Part shown: in pieces, positions 1 to 11,110 of the stretch
Layout: every line of letters begins with the position of its first letter
How positions within the stretch are numbered: position 1 is the stretch's first letter
Assembly (NCBI GenBank): GCA_051599415.1
Contig: AP039689.1
Coordinates: 310,001 to 374,000, forward strand
Direction: 5' to 3'
Source: Savitreella phatthalungensis
Taxonomy: Eukaryota
DNA: 64,000 nucleotides
Position numbers and translations under genes: made by a program
Notes under the pieces: model-generated
Database searches by the model: none
Told to the model about the DNA's origin: nothing
The model's input: only the letters and a program-made list of their open reading frames with translations

Positions 1-1485
1 GAGGCTCTTCGAAAGTGCGGGGGTGTATACCTGTATGCGAATCAGCGGGGTTGTGATGGTGATCGGCTTTACTATGACGGATGTGCATCGATCATGCTGA
101 ACGGGCAGATGCTCGCTCAGGGCGCGCAATTCGCACTAGCCGACGTCGAGGTCGTCACAGCCACAATTGACCTGGAGGAAGTGAGATCGCACCGATTCTC
201 TGCATCACGAGGCGTCCAGGCATCCAAGGTCGAACCTTTCCACCGCATCCAGACAGACTTTGCCCTGTCTGACCCGAACGGACTTTTGTCGCTCGACCTG
301 TGCCCAACTCAACCCATCACGCCACACTACTGGACGCCCGAGCAGGAGATTTCTCTCGGTCCTGCGTGCTGGTTGTGGGACTACCTTCGTCGATCCAAGC
401 AGGCTGGCTTCTTCCTTCCCCTGTCTGGCGGAATTGACTCGTGTGCGACGGCGATGATCGTCTTCAGCATGTGCAGACTGGTGCACGATGCATTCGCTGC
501 TGGAGACGAGCAGGTGAAGGCGGATGTCGACTTTCTGACACGTGACGTCGATAACTTCACCTTCGACTCCCCACAGGCACTCGCCAACGTCATCATGCAC
601 ACCGTCTTCATGGGCACGGAAAACTCATCCCGCGAGACACGGCAACGTGCAAAGGACCTTGCTGCTGCCATAGGCGCCTACCACCTCGACCTCGACATGG
701 ACTCTTGCGTGTCTGCGGTCCGGTCTCTGTTTGGTGCTGTGACTGGGTTGACGCCACGATTCCGATCGGCTGGCGGGAGTGCTCGTGAGAATCTGGCGCT
801 GCAGAATATCCAGGCGCGATTGCGGATGGTGTTGGCGTACCTGTTTGCGCAGCTACTGCCTCTCGTCAGATCCCGCCCTGGCGCGCTTCTCGTCCTCGGC
901 TCTGCCAACGTCGACGAGACACTCAGGGGATACCTGACCAAGTACGACTGCTCATCCGCAGACATCAACCCGATCGGTGGCATCTCCAAAACCGATCTCA
1001 AGGGGTTCATCAAGTACGCATCCCTCTCAGATCACTTCCGACTCTCCAACCACCAGCCTTTCGCCCTCCTCACCGACTTCATCGACGCTGTGCCTACGGC
1101 AGAGTTAGAGCCGATCACGGAGACGTACGTGCAGAGTGACGAGGCTGATATGGGGTTGACGTATGAGGAGCTTTCGGTGTTTGGTCGGTTGCGCAAGATT
1201 GATCGGCTTGGGGCGTATGGTGCGTTCACGAAGCTGCTGCACAGGTGGACTCGCTCGGGTTATACGCCGCGGATGGTGATGGAGAAGACCCAGCTGTTCT
1301 TCAGGTACTACGCCATCAATCGACACAAGTCAACCACCCTCACACCGGCGTACCATGCAGAAGCCTACTCACCAGACGACAACAGGTTCGATCTAAGACC
1401 TTTCCTCTACAACGTCAATTGGCCATGGCCCTTCGCAAAGATGAACGAGGTGGTCGAAAAGCTCGAAAAGGAACAGACAGTCTGA
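1..1485 (+). CDS. QNS1: Glutamine-dependent NAD+ synthetase, 5'-truncated by the window edge
   Basis: Frame is open from position 1 ([28 protein letters not shown]); motifs [57 protein letters not shown]. Confidence 0.97.
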   Translation, partial: EALRKCGGVYLYANQRGCDGDRLYYDGCASIMLNGQMLAQGAQFALADVEVVTATIDLEEVRSHRFSASRGVQASKVEPFHRIQTDFALSDPNGLLSLDLCPTQPITPHYWTPEQEISLGPACWLWDYLRRSKQAGFFLPLSGGIDSCATAMIVFSMCRLVHDAFAAGDEQVKADVDFLTRDVDNFTFDSPQALANVIMHTVFMGTENSSRETRQRAKDLAAAIGAYHLDLDMDSCVSAVRSLFGAVTGLTPRFRSAGGSARENLALQNIQARLRMVLAYLFAQLLPLVRSRPGALLVLGSANVDETLRGYLTKYDCSSADINPIGGISKTDLKGFIKYASLSDHFRLSNHQPFALLTDFIDAVPTAELEPITETYVQSDEADMGLTYEELSVFGRLRKIDRLGAYGAFTKLLHRWTRSGYTPRMVMEKTQLFFRYYAINRHKSTTLTPAYHAEAYSPDDNRFDLRPFLYNVNWPWPFAKMNEVVEKLEKEQTV

Positions 1486-1567
1486 TCCTCAATCCACCAC
1501 CAAAATGTACATCCAATTAATCGTATACTGTATGAACAATGAGGAGTGATGACTCGTCATCGCAGAT

Positions 1568-4500
1568 CTAGGATTCTAGATTGGGCGAGGGGATGATGGT
1601 GATCCGTCTTGGTTGAGGGTGTGGAGGATTGGTTGAGGGTGGTGCGATAGCTTGTAGTCTGAGAGCTAGTTTGTTTGTGATGGGATCGGTGTCGATAGTG
1701 ACGGCGTTGATGTGGATCCAGGGGTTTGGATCAGCTCGGTGGAGTGACGGCGTGGTCGACATCCATCGAGCCAGCTTGGCCAAGTCAGAAGCATATCCAG
1801 CTCCGGGACCTGAGGTCACGCCGGCCAGTCGCGAAGAAGCTCCATTCGAAGCCGTCCGGATATGGACTGGCAAGATCAGGGTCGCAGGATCGATAGACGG
1901 CGATAGGGAGGAGAGAACATCGTCTGGAAGCTCCGGGGCAAGCTCTGCAAACGTCATCACGCCAGGCTGGCATACAGCATCCTGTTGATCCATGGAAGTG
2001 CCGCTGGCCAGGTAGAATACGTAAGGATTGGATGTGGAAGAGGGCGCGTAGATCAGTTTGCCACGGACGTCGAAGGTGTTCGGGAAAATCGATGCTTCTT
2101 TTTGGGACTGCTGTGAAGCCGCAATCACGGCGTCAACATCAATAGGCTGATTCGCAGCTCCTGCACCCGAGCTAGCTCTTGCGCCATCATCTTCACCCGA
2201 GTCCGAAGTTTCTTGTACTGCAGTCTCGTCAGGAGGCGTAAGTCGATGTCCTCGAGCGATGTACCACTTGATCAGTGAGAGGCCGTGATCGTACTCCTTG
2301 ATGTCGATGTCTGGCGATGGGATGGAGCTGACGGTTGTGATGGCGTCGTCTAGCTCATCGGTGGTGATCATGGCGTCGGGGGTTGTCGGCGGACTCCATA
2401 TCGCCCAGGTCGAGTCCGGCTGGGATTTCAGCTGAATCTGCGCAGGCGCACGGGTAGTGACGCGGAAGCTGCGCAAGACCACTGCTGCTCCAGGAGCAAC
2501 ACTGTCGTCCGGTAAGAGGTCTCGCCGAGGTCGATACACCGCTAGACGAGCGAGCGTACCCGTCGATTGGGCGATTTGCGCACGCCACACATAGTCAGGA
2601 CCGTCTGTCCGACGAGCGGGCTCGGCTGAAATGATGACCCCGACAATGTCGACGGTGGAGTCGAAGCGGAGATCGCGCAAGTCCGTGTGTAAGCCATTCT
2701 GTTCAGGAAAGAAGGTATGAGTATTTGCTCGTAGATTACTTCAGAGTATTGAAGGGAGGAAAACCTACCGTGGAGCGCAATTCGGCCGGGATAGAATCGT
2801 CCGCGATCGGGAAATCGGCTTTCGAAGCGTCAGTTGCGGCGGGCTGAGTTTCTGGCTCGGCCTCAGTCTCTTTTGCACCTTCAGCAGTATCGGCGACAGA
2901 AGCTTCGTTCACTTCTTGACTGTCAGCATCTTCGCCCTCTTCCTCTCCATCTTGGTCATCCTCCGATTCAACGTCGTCATCGTCGACCTCATTTTCGTCG
3001 TCATCGATCTCGATGGGGCTCTCGCCATCTCCAGTAGGCGCTGCTTGCGCTGCTTGTGCTATGGTGTCAGATGCAACTGCTGGCGCGGTGGTGTCATTTG
3101 GAGCTTGATTGTCGTCCATCGCTAGCACCTCTGGGTCGATGGGAGCTTCACCAGCGTCCGATGCCGCCTGGGCCGATGCTAGCGAGGTAGGTGTGGCAGG
3201 TCCATCTTCTTCCTCTTCTTCCACCTCTTCTTCCTCTTCTTCCACCTCTTCCTCCTCAGCTTCGTCAATTTCTTCATCGTCTGCTGCTTCTTCGTCGTCT
3301 TCATCCTCGTCAACGCTATCCTCAATATCCTGCTGTGAGCCGGAGACTTTCGAATTGGATTCAGATTCGGATTCTGACGCAGACTCGCCGTCGATGAGCT
3401 CGTCAAATTCGCCCGTGGCTGCCTGGATGGCAGTCGTGATGAAAGCAGGACCGTTGTCTCCATCGGCTTGGACATTGAGAAGGTCGCCGTTTTCATGGTT
3501 GCTGACAATGTGTTCCTGGGGACCTTGCAAGGCGGCTGACTCTAGCGCTTGCTCACCATCGAGTGCGATTTGTCTTGAAGAATCGTCCGCCTCGTCTTTG
3601 TCAGATACGTCTTCGTAGGCCTCAAGCTCTTCATCGTCATCGTCATCATCATCGCCGCTGGCAACGTCGTCTTCAGATTTCCCTGGACTCTCGAGTTCTG
3701 GGTCAATGTGAATTTCCTCTGCGTAGTCGCCTCGATCGAGGTGAACATTGCCAAGAACGCTGTCAGAGTCGATATGCTCGTGCTCGTGCTCGCCATCGCC
3801 GGAATCTCCTTCTGGAAGGGCGGCTTCGGACTCCATATCGAGATCGACCGCTTCTGCTGCGTCATCAGCTTCGGAGACCTGCTCGTCAAACATGACGTTG
3901 TCTGCATCGTCGTCTTGCTCGTCGGGTGGATGATCTGATGACTGCACCTGGGAAAGCTCGAGCGACTCGTGCGTCTGTGCAGGAGAATGCTCTTGGCGCT
4001 GCTGTGTCTGATCGCTAGCCAGAGTCCCATCTGGGTAGAGATTGTCGAAGACCGAGTCGGGCGTCGCGGGCTGCTCGTCTTGCGCTTCTTCTCCCTGAGC
4101 AGCCGCTTGCTGAGCAGACGATGGCCTGGCTTCAGATGCGGCAGAGAGCTCAATAGAAGTAGCTGGCTGGTCGACATCAAGGTCATCCAGGATGTTGCCG
4201 TGCGCTGATGCTTGTACTGCCTCAGCAGTGGCTTCAGCTTCCGCTGCACGCGCATTCGCCACGAGCACTGCGTCGACGAGAGACCTGCCAGATTTCGGGC
4301 CAGCTGCGGCCAATTGGCCAGCGGTTGGACCAGCAGCGTGCTCGTCGAAGAGGCGAGATACGTCGTCCACGTTCAATGTGTCATCGAGCAGGATATCCTG
4401 GTCGTCCGCGGACTGCCCACGGTGATTGGCGCTGTAGTCTGCATGGCGTGACCCGGCGCTGGCTTCGACTTCCTCGGCTATGAATGTCGGCAGCTCGATG

Positions 4501-6662
4501 TGACTGATATTTCCCTGAAGCCCGTCCTCAGAGGTGCCGCCCTGTGGAGTCGCTTCTTCCATCGACACGTCGGCATCCTGGGCTGGACCCGAGGATGAGA
4601 ACGATTGGGCGAGAGAGCCTGTGGCTGGAGGATTGTCGTCGGCCGGAACAGTACGATGACGAAGCTCGGCTTGTTCCATGTGATCGAGCGATGCGGGCGC
4701 TGGTGGTACGCGTTTTGTATTTTCAGCTGCGGCATCGACTTTGTCCCGGAAGATCTCCTCTTGCACCTGAGTTTGCTGCTCGAGCATCGATGGCTCACGA
4801 GGCTTGTCGACGATATCTCCAGAAGGCCGGTCGTGGTCGCCGTGATGGGACCCCGGTGCTCGCCCGACGAGTGATAGGTTTCCAGGCTCAACTTCGACTG
4901 GCTGATCGAGCTTCTGCCGGAACAAGGTCTCCTGAACAGAGTTCTGCTGTTCGAGCATGGATGGCTCCTTGTTGACGTGAACGACAGAGGCGTTGTCGTC
5001 AACAGAAGGAGGTGCTGGCTCGACGAGGACCGATGATTTGACGCTCTCAGCAGATGCGTTGTCGTGGTTGTCCTGGCCGATTTTCGACCGGAAGACTGAT
5101 TCTTGCACAGCAGCGCCACGTTCGGTCATCGAGGGACTGCCTTGGCGTTCGCGATGGTCAGATGATCGGTGGTCCTGGTGATGCTGCTCAGCTGCTTCTC
5201 CCGTGCTGGAGTTGCCATAGGCAGCGATGTTCGATCTGGTAGTGAGATTGCCTCCATCGAGGCTCGCCCGTCGGTGCTGCTCGGGAGAAGTGTCCGTCCC
5301 AAGCTCCGGTCCACCGGCACGGGCAGAGATAGATTGCGACTGTTCGCTATTGATCTTCCGTCTGAGGATGCGTTCCTGGATCTGAGCTTGACGGTCGAGC
5401 ATGGAGGGCTCTTTGTCTATTGCCAGCTCGCCTTCATTTTCCTCCTCGTCAGCCATCATGGACGAGCCAGCATCGCTTTTCGGAGGCACGCTCGCACGCA
5501 GCTTGCGGAACAGATCTTCCTGTTCGTTTGCGCTCGCCAGGTCAAGATACGGCACGTTGCGTGGAGTCGCCGGTGCCGAATGTCCTGGTTCTGAAAAGTG
5601 CACCTGAGGTCCATGCCGCGGCGTGCCAAGATCGAAATTGTAGTCTCCCGCAGCGGCAACCGAGTTGGCTTGCGATGGGACAGTGTCTGGTCGGGCATTG
5701 ATGAGCTCGGGCTCTACTGCCGGCGGCGTCGGCCGGACGACGGGTGAGGCAGGCGGTCTCTCTGCAGGCGTTGGCGTCTTGAAGCCTAGCCGAGAAGGTT
5801 CTGGCTCGCCTGTTGGCTGGGATGACGGGACTTCGAGTGATGTTTGTGACCGATCGATCGGTTGTGAGAGTGACTGCTGAGGTCGAAGTGGTGTCAACGG
5901 CTGGAGGAAGGGCTGGCTTGCGAGATCTGCCAAGGAATCTTGACTACCCTGTAGCGTGACAGCGGTGGCGTCTTCTCTTCGAGAGTCAGAATCGAGCTGT
6001 TCACGCTGGGGAGTGGGCAGAACGATATCGCTGCCGTCATTGAGCTGTCTGTTTTTCAGCGGCGTAGCTGAAGGCGTGCCCTGCGTGGAAGGAATGTAGC
6101 GAAAGCTGGTCGCGAATTTCTGCCTCTTTGCTGCAGGTGTATCCGTGTCGAGAGCTGATCCTGCTGTACTGCTTGTGCCGAACCATGCATCATCGAGGCC
6201 CAAAGAGCCTGCAGGTGAGCCGCGTCTGATGTCCGCGGGCGAGTCCCAAGTTCTGCGCAACCTGACGGGTGTGTCGACGGCTGGTGATGGACGTGAATCT
6301 AGCTCTTCGCTATCGCCGAAATCGCCACGTTTGATGAGCAGGGAACCATGAAAGGTGATCTCGTGGTCAATGTCACGCGCAGATGCCTTGAACGGCTCGA
6401 ATTTGACGGTCGAAGGTGCGCTCGTACTGAGCTCTAGCCTTGTGAATGTAGCCAGGGTTTTGAGGGCGTCTGCGGCTTTACCGTGAAAGGTAATCTTGAC
6501 TTGACCTTTGTCGAGCCGCTTGCGTATGTCCTCATCTGCGAGAGCAATCGATATGGTGTGCTTTGAAGCCGAGTAAGGCCATCTTAGAGCGACGACGCCT
6601 CTTATGAAGTTGCCATCCTCGAAGCAACCTGGCTTTATATCACGGATTGCGACTTGAGACAT
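1568..6662 (-). CDS. Large OB-fold (POT1/Cdc13 Telo_bind-like) protein with a long acidic disordered middle; exons 6662-2769 and 2698-1568, ~1674 aa
   Basis: A 70-nt phase-0 intron (GTAGGT at 2768 to CAG at 2699) joins the 1308-aa and 370-aa ORFs in frame (ELRST|NGLHTDLRDLRFDSTVDIVGVII). The N-terminal GVVALRWPYS...GQVKITFHG and C-terminal VDIVGVI...VLRSFRV segments resemble fungal telomere-binding OB folds. Confidence 0.7.
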
Positions 6663-7055
6663 GGCTTTGAGCGTATGAGGAAGTAGTGACTCTGAGGCAC
6701 AAGTACTAAATAAGCATTTCCGTGGCTCTAGATCTTTCAGCTGATGATGTGAACACTCAGAGGATGAGTATGTTGTATGATTGTGTAGGTTGAATGTGTA
6801 CGTATGTGTATGTGAGTGTGTTTGTGTACATAAGTGTAGATATGCACATGTTTTCGAGTGTTACGATGCCCGTTGTACACGTGACTCAAACAAGCACGTG
6901 TATACGGGAGCAAAACCTTGAAGCTTCAGCTTTCACAAAAAGAACGAACAGGTCACTGCAACTACTTCTCTACTATCTCATCATCGTCTTCAACTCTATA
7001 AGTCGCCTTCAGGCATCTCACCTGTACTTGATCAACGCTGAAGTATCTCGTGAAG

Positions 7056-7997
7056 ATGTTGGGCCGCAGAGCTTGTATGGCAATCGCTCCAGCTCGCAGT
7101 CTTTCACGTACCCTTGCAACAGTGACTGATGCCGGGGCCTCTGGGAACTCGAAGTCTGCCGGGACACAAACGGGTTCTGCCTTTACGGAAGAGGTGTACC
7201 CGCTGGCGAAGCGGATATCGCCGCTGGCGAGAACGCCTCGTCCCGATGTGTCGGTTGACGCGCACTTGCCTGTGCTCGAGCACAGTGCTGAGCACGCGCT
7301 TGCGAGGAAGCAGTTCACTGACAGGCCTGGTCTGCTTGCTGTGAAGGTGGGCATGACTGCGCTGTGGGGAAACACGGGAAGGAGGCGTCCTGCGACGGTG
7401 CTGCAGCTCGACAGGTGCCAGGTGATCCAGGTCAAGACTGCTGCTGACCACGGGTACAATGCTGTCCAGGTAGGGATGGGTTCACGCAAGCCGGCGAATG
7501 TGTCTCGCGCGCTACTTGGACACTATGCGGCTTCCGGGGTGCATCCAAAGACACACCTGGCGGAAGTCCGCGTGAAGCCTGACGTTCTGGCTTCCTTGAC
7601 AGTGGGTCAGGAGCTGAAGGCTGATGTGTTCACGGTGGGTGACTACCTGGATGTAATTGCGCCGTCGAAGGGTAAAGGATTTGCTGGTGTGATGAAACGG
7701 CACGGGTTCAAAGGTCTGCGTGCTTCTCACGGTGTGTCGATCTCTCACAGGTCTGCAGGATCGATGGGTCAGTCGCAGGATCCTGGCCGTGTGCTGCCGG
7801 GCAAGAAGATGGCTGGCAGACTCGGTGGCCGCAACCACACCCAGCAGAACGTCCCCGTGCTCGAAGTCGACCGCGAGAACGGGCTGATCATTGTCGGCGG
7901 ACCGGTCCCAGGACAGAAGGGTTCCGTCGTCAAGCTCCAAGCTGCTATCAAGAAACCTGAACCGGCCACAGGCCGAGCACTCTTCCAGTCGGCCTAG
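7056..7997 (+). CDS. MRPL9: Mitochondrial ribosomal protein uL3m
   Basis: GLLAVKVGMT, SKGKGFAGVMKRHGF, SHGVSISHRSAGS, PGRVLPGKKMAG; Arg-rich presequence; first ATG at 7056. Confidence 0.95.
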   Translation: MLGRRACMAIAPARSLSRTLATVTDAGASGNSKSAGTQTGSAFTEEVYPLAKRISPLARTPRPDVSVDAHLPVLEHSAEHALARKQFTDRPGLLAVKVGMTALWGNTGRRRPATVLQLDRCQVIQVKTAADHGYNAVQVGMGSRKPANVSRALLGHYAASGVHPKTHLAEVRVKPDVLASLTVGQELKADVFTVGDYLDVIAPSKGKGFAGVMKRHGFKGLRASHGVSISHRSAGSMGQSQDPGRVLPGKKMAGRLGGRNHTQQNVPVLEVDRENGLIIVGGPVPGQKGSVVKLQAAIKKPEPATGRALFQSA

Positions 7998-8267
7998 CCC
8001 ACCATTTTACCAACCGCACCATATCACATAGCATAGTCAAGCATTCCCGCGACCGTTCACCACTTATCCCATCTCACCGTTTCTGGTCTGGTGATGAGCT
8101 TGCCGTATTTGTGCATATGACGCCAAACCCACTTACACAATTTACAGAAACAGACTTCAGTCAATATCGATCGTCATTGAAGCACCCTTGAAGACCGAGG
8201 GACTGCGTGTTGGGTAGGGACGATTGAGGAATGTCGATCTGAGACGCAGTACCTGACCTGTGTCTGT

Positions 8268-9080
8268 ATGAGTGATCGGTCGCTTGCGGATGGACTGCGT
8301 GCGCTGCAGAAGCTGCTAGCTTGTCCTGGTGATCCACTCGCCCACCACACGATGGTGAGGAGTCTGTCTGATGCGGTGGCTCATGCGAGTGGTGGGTCTG
8401 GATCTGACGGTTTCGATACTGTCATGACGGTCGTCAGGTCGCTCGATGGGGCAGGAAGGCCGCTGGCGGGCCGTGCGATGCTGTCGAAGGCTTTCATCTC
8501 AGCTCGGCCTGTGGTGTGCGGTCGGTTGGTATGGGGTAGGAGGTCGCTCGATCGGACTGCGAGGCTGTACGCTGGCAGTACAAGCGATCCGGCAACACAA
8601 CGGACTGACGAGGATCCAGGGTTCTGGAGACATTACACTCTCGACGTCGATCGGACGGTATCTCGTCTGCTGGATGCTGTCATCGCAGGACTGACGCTGC
8701 TCTCTGCTGCGACAGGTACGCGCTTGAGTAACGACACAGACACGGATGCGGACGGTCAAGATGACGGTGACGACGATGATCATGATAGGGTGGCGGTGAC
8801 GGTGGCAGATGATGATGCTGTTGGGGTGTCTCGGGTTTTACGGCGTTACGGGAGACACTTGCTCGTTGAGCTGTGCGGTCGGTGCGAGCTGCTTCGGAAC
8901 GGCGGCGACGGAGAGATGCATCGTCAGAGGGCTGCAGTACTGGCGTCTTTGCTACTGACTGCTTCTTCGTCCCGCCCGGACAATGCCGTTGACGAGGCCT
9001 CTACGAAGGCTAGACTACGCGACATCTTGGATATCTCTCGTGACGAGCTCTACGACCTCCTGGTCACGCGTTTCACGTGA
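8268..9080 (+). CDS. Hypothetical protein (270 aa)
   Basis: ATG-initiated ORF filling the space between two genes, with helical-looking segments and an acidic loop; no family recognised. Confidence 0.6.
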   Translation: MSDRSLADGLRALQKLLACPGDPLAHHTMVRSLSDAVAHASGGSGSDGFDTVMTVVRSLDGAGRPLAGRAMLSKAFISARPVVCGRLVWGRRSLDRTARLYAGSTSDPATQRTDEDPGFWRHYTLDVDRTVSRLLDAVIAGLTLLSAATGTRLSNDTDTDADGQDDGDDDDHDRVAVTVADDDAVGVSRVLRRYGRHLLVELCGRCELLRNGGDGEMHRQRAAVLASLLLTASSSRPDNAVDEASTKARLRDILDISRDELYDLLVTRFT

Positions 9081-9310
9081 TACGCGACGACTTCGAGATT
9101 TTCGATCACTTGATTGTGAAGGCCACGGCGACAGCGCGACGGCAACGACGGTGGATTGTGTTGTAGATGTTGATTGTATATTATTATTCGTGGTAGACCT
9201 ATTTATGTGAGAGATGGTTCCAGCTCGTTACTTTTAGGTTCGTGATGTGTATGTGTGAGTGGTGTATGGTGATGAGATGAGGAATAGACATGTGAGTGAC
9301 ACTACACCAA

Positions 9311-11110
9311 TCACGGCTGCGATACGTGGGATGCATCCGTGTTGACGTTCGCTGCCGCTGCACGGATGTCGACTGGACGGCCGTGGTGTATAGGTGTGGT
9401 ATCAATGCCCGGCTGCGAGTCCTTGCGAGCAGGCGTCGCGGCGTTTGCTGCATTTGAATGCAGGTTCGCAGCTGTGTCGTGGTCACCGAGTGTGGATGTG
9501 GACGTGCGTGAAGCGGAGTCGAGCTCATCGCCGCTACCTGTGCTGCGGTCGCCAGACTTCTCGTCCTTCTCTGCTTCAGATGAGCCTTGTGCACCAGGGG
9601 GCTTAGGTCCGGCACCACCTTCTGTCGGGGCGAACTTGGATCGCTCGCGGATCTTCGCGCCGTACTTGTAGAAGACGAAGGGGATCGGAGCAAGGAGACA
9701 GCCAACGCCAGCGATTAGAGAACCGCCGCCACCGACACCGAGACCGATAGTCGAGCTGAACATATAGCCGGTGAAGAGTGGCGCTGCAGCACCGCAAGCG
9801 GAACGGCAGACAGTGTTGGCTGCGAGCGCAGAGGCTGCGTACATTTTGTAGACGTCCGCGAGGTAGTTGAGGTAGGACACGAAAATGAGCATGATACTTG
9901 TGGCGAGGAAAACGCCTGCAAGCGTTGGCACGATCCAGTGGACGTACGAGTACTCACCGGACCAGCAGAACCAGAACATCGTGAGCGGGAAGATGATGCC
10001 ACCAATCATAGCTGTCGGCAGTCTGTCCTCTGGTGTGAGCGTCTCGCCTGCCTCGACGCGCTTGCGATCGAGACGGGTCTGGTTGAAGATGATGATGCAG
10101 GCGATGCCGGCACCGATAACAACACCAATCAGAGGCAGTTCTCCTACGCCAGAGTTGTAGCCTCGCTTTTCCTGGAAGATAATCGGGTAAATGCTGAAGA
10201 GCATGTAAAGCAGCATGTAGACGATCGAGAGGTAGAAAGCGATCAGGAGCGAGATCGGGTCGACTAGAATACGCCACGGACGCGTGAGAGCAACGCGGAA
10301 GAGAGAGCCGAGGGTGCGACCGGATGCTTCGACAGGAGCCTGGACGTTCTCGAAGCCGGGCACTTTCGACGCGCGCAGACGCCTGGCCTTGTGGAGAAGG
10401 ATGGTCGGTCCGTATGTCTCGGGAATGGTGAGAAGGAGAATGATGGTGAGACCACCGAGCCAGAGGAGCACGTAGAAGGACCATTCCCAGCTGAGCTTGA
10501 GCTGGATGAAGCCAGAGATGACTGGTCCGAGCGCAGGACCAACGAAGGTCATCAAGGAGAAGATGGCCATAGCGTTACCGCGCTCGAGCGGGGAGAAGAC
10601 GTCGGCGAGTACTCCAGGTGAGTTTGAGAGGGAGGACGAGGCAAATGTGCCTGTGAGGAATCGACCAACGAGGAGAGCGCCAAAGTTGTTTGCCCAGGCG
10701 CAGAGGAAGTTGAAGATGACGTAGAGAATGAAACTTCCGAGGAAGATCCATCGTCTTCCGTAGTTTTCGGACATTGGTGCCCAGAAGAGCGGACCAAAGA
10801 CATAACCAAGGAGGAATAGGGTGATGACGAGACCTGCTGCCTCGGTAGAGACCTTGAAATGGTCTGCGATGGACTCGATGCATCCTGATGGTGAGGATGA
10901 GGCGAATGTGGCGTTGACGACGAGAAGCACTGCAACGCTGCATACGTACCATCTGCGTGCTTTTGACCAGTTTTGAGGGTTTTCCAGATCATTTTCGCTG
11001 AATGTAAGATGACCGTTGTGATCGAGCGTTGGCCGTTCTCCTGCTTCTAGGTTGCGGGTTCTGTATGGTTTGGCCGCTGGGCGCGACATGAATCTTTCTA
11101 GACGGTCCAT
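9311..11110 (-). CDS. MFS drug:H+ antiporter (DHA1 family)
   Basis: ENPQNWS, GPLFWAPMSENYGRR, FVGPALGPVISG, LTIPETY, PEDRL, YAASALAAN; about 12 hydrophobic segments. Confidence 0.95.
   Translation of the reverse strand: MDRLERFMSRPAAKPYRTRNLEAGERPTLDHNGHLTFSENDLENPQNWSKARRWYVCSVAVLLVVNATFASSSPSGCIESIADHFKVSTEAAGLVITLFLLGYVFGPLFWAPMSENYGRRWIFLGSFILYVIFNFLCAWANNFGALLVGRFLTGTFASSSLSNSPGVLADVFSPLERGNAMAIFSLMTFVGPALGPVISGFIQLKLSWEWSFYVLLWLGGLTIILLLTIPETYGPTILLHKARRLRASKVPGFENVQAPVEASGRTLGSLFRVALTRPWRILVDPISLLIAFYLSIVYMLLYMLFSIYPIIFQEKRGYNSGVGELPLIGVVIGAGIACIIIFNQTRLDRKRVEAGETLTPEDRLPTAMIGGIIFPLTMFWFCWSGEYSYVHWIVPTLAGVFLATSIMLIFVSYLNYLADVYKMYAASALAANTVCRSACGAAAPLFTGYMFSSTIGLGVGGGGSLIAGVGCLLAPIPFVFYKYGAKIRERSKFAPTEGGAGPKPPGAQGSSEAEKDEKSGDRSTGSGDELDSASRTSTSTLGDHDTAANLHSNAANAATPARKDSQPGIDTTPIHHGRPVDIRAAAANVNTDASHVSQP

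Noticed and set aside
8091..8242. GTGATGA...CTGA as a C/D snoRNA
   Set aside because: No recognisable rRNA guide or terminal stem; lies in the probable MRPL9 3' region
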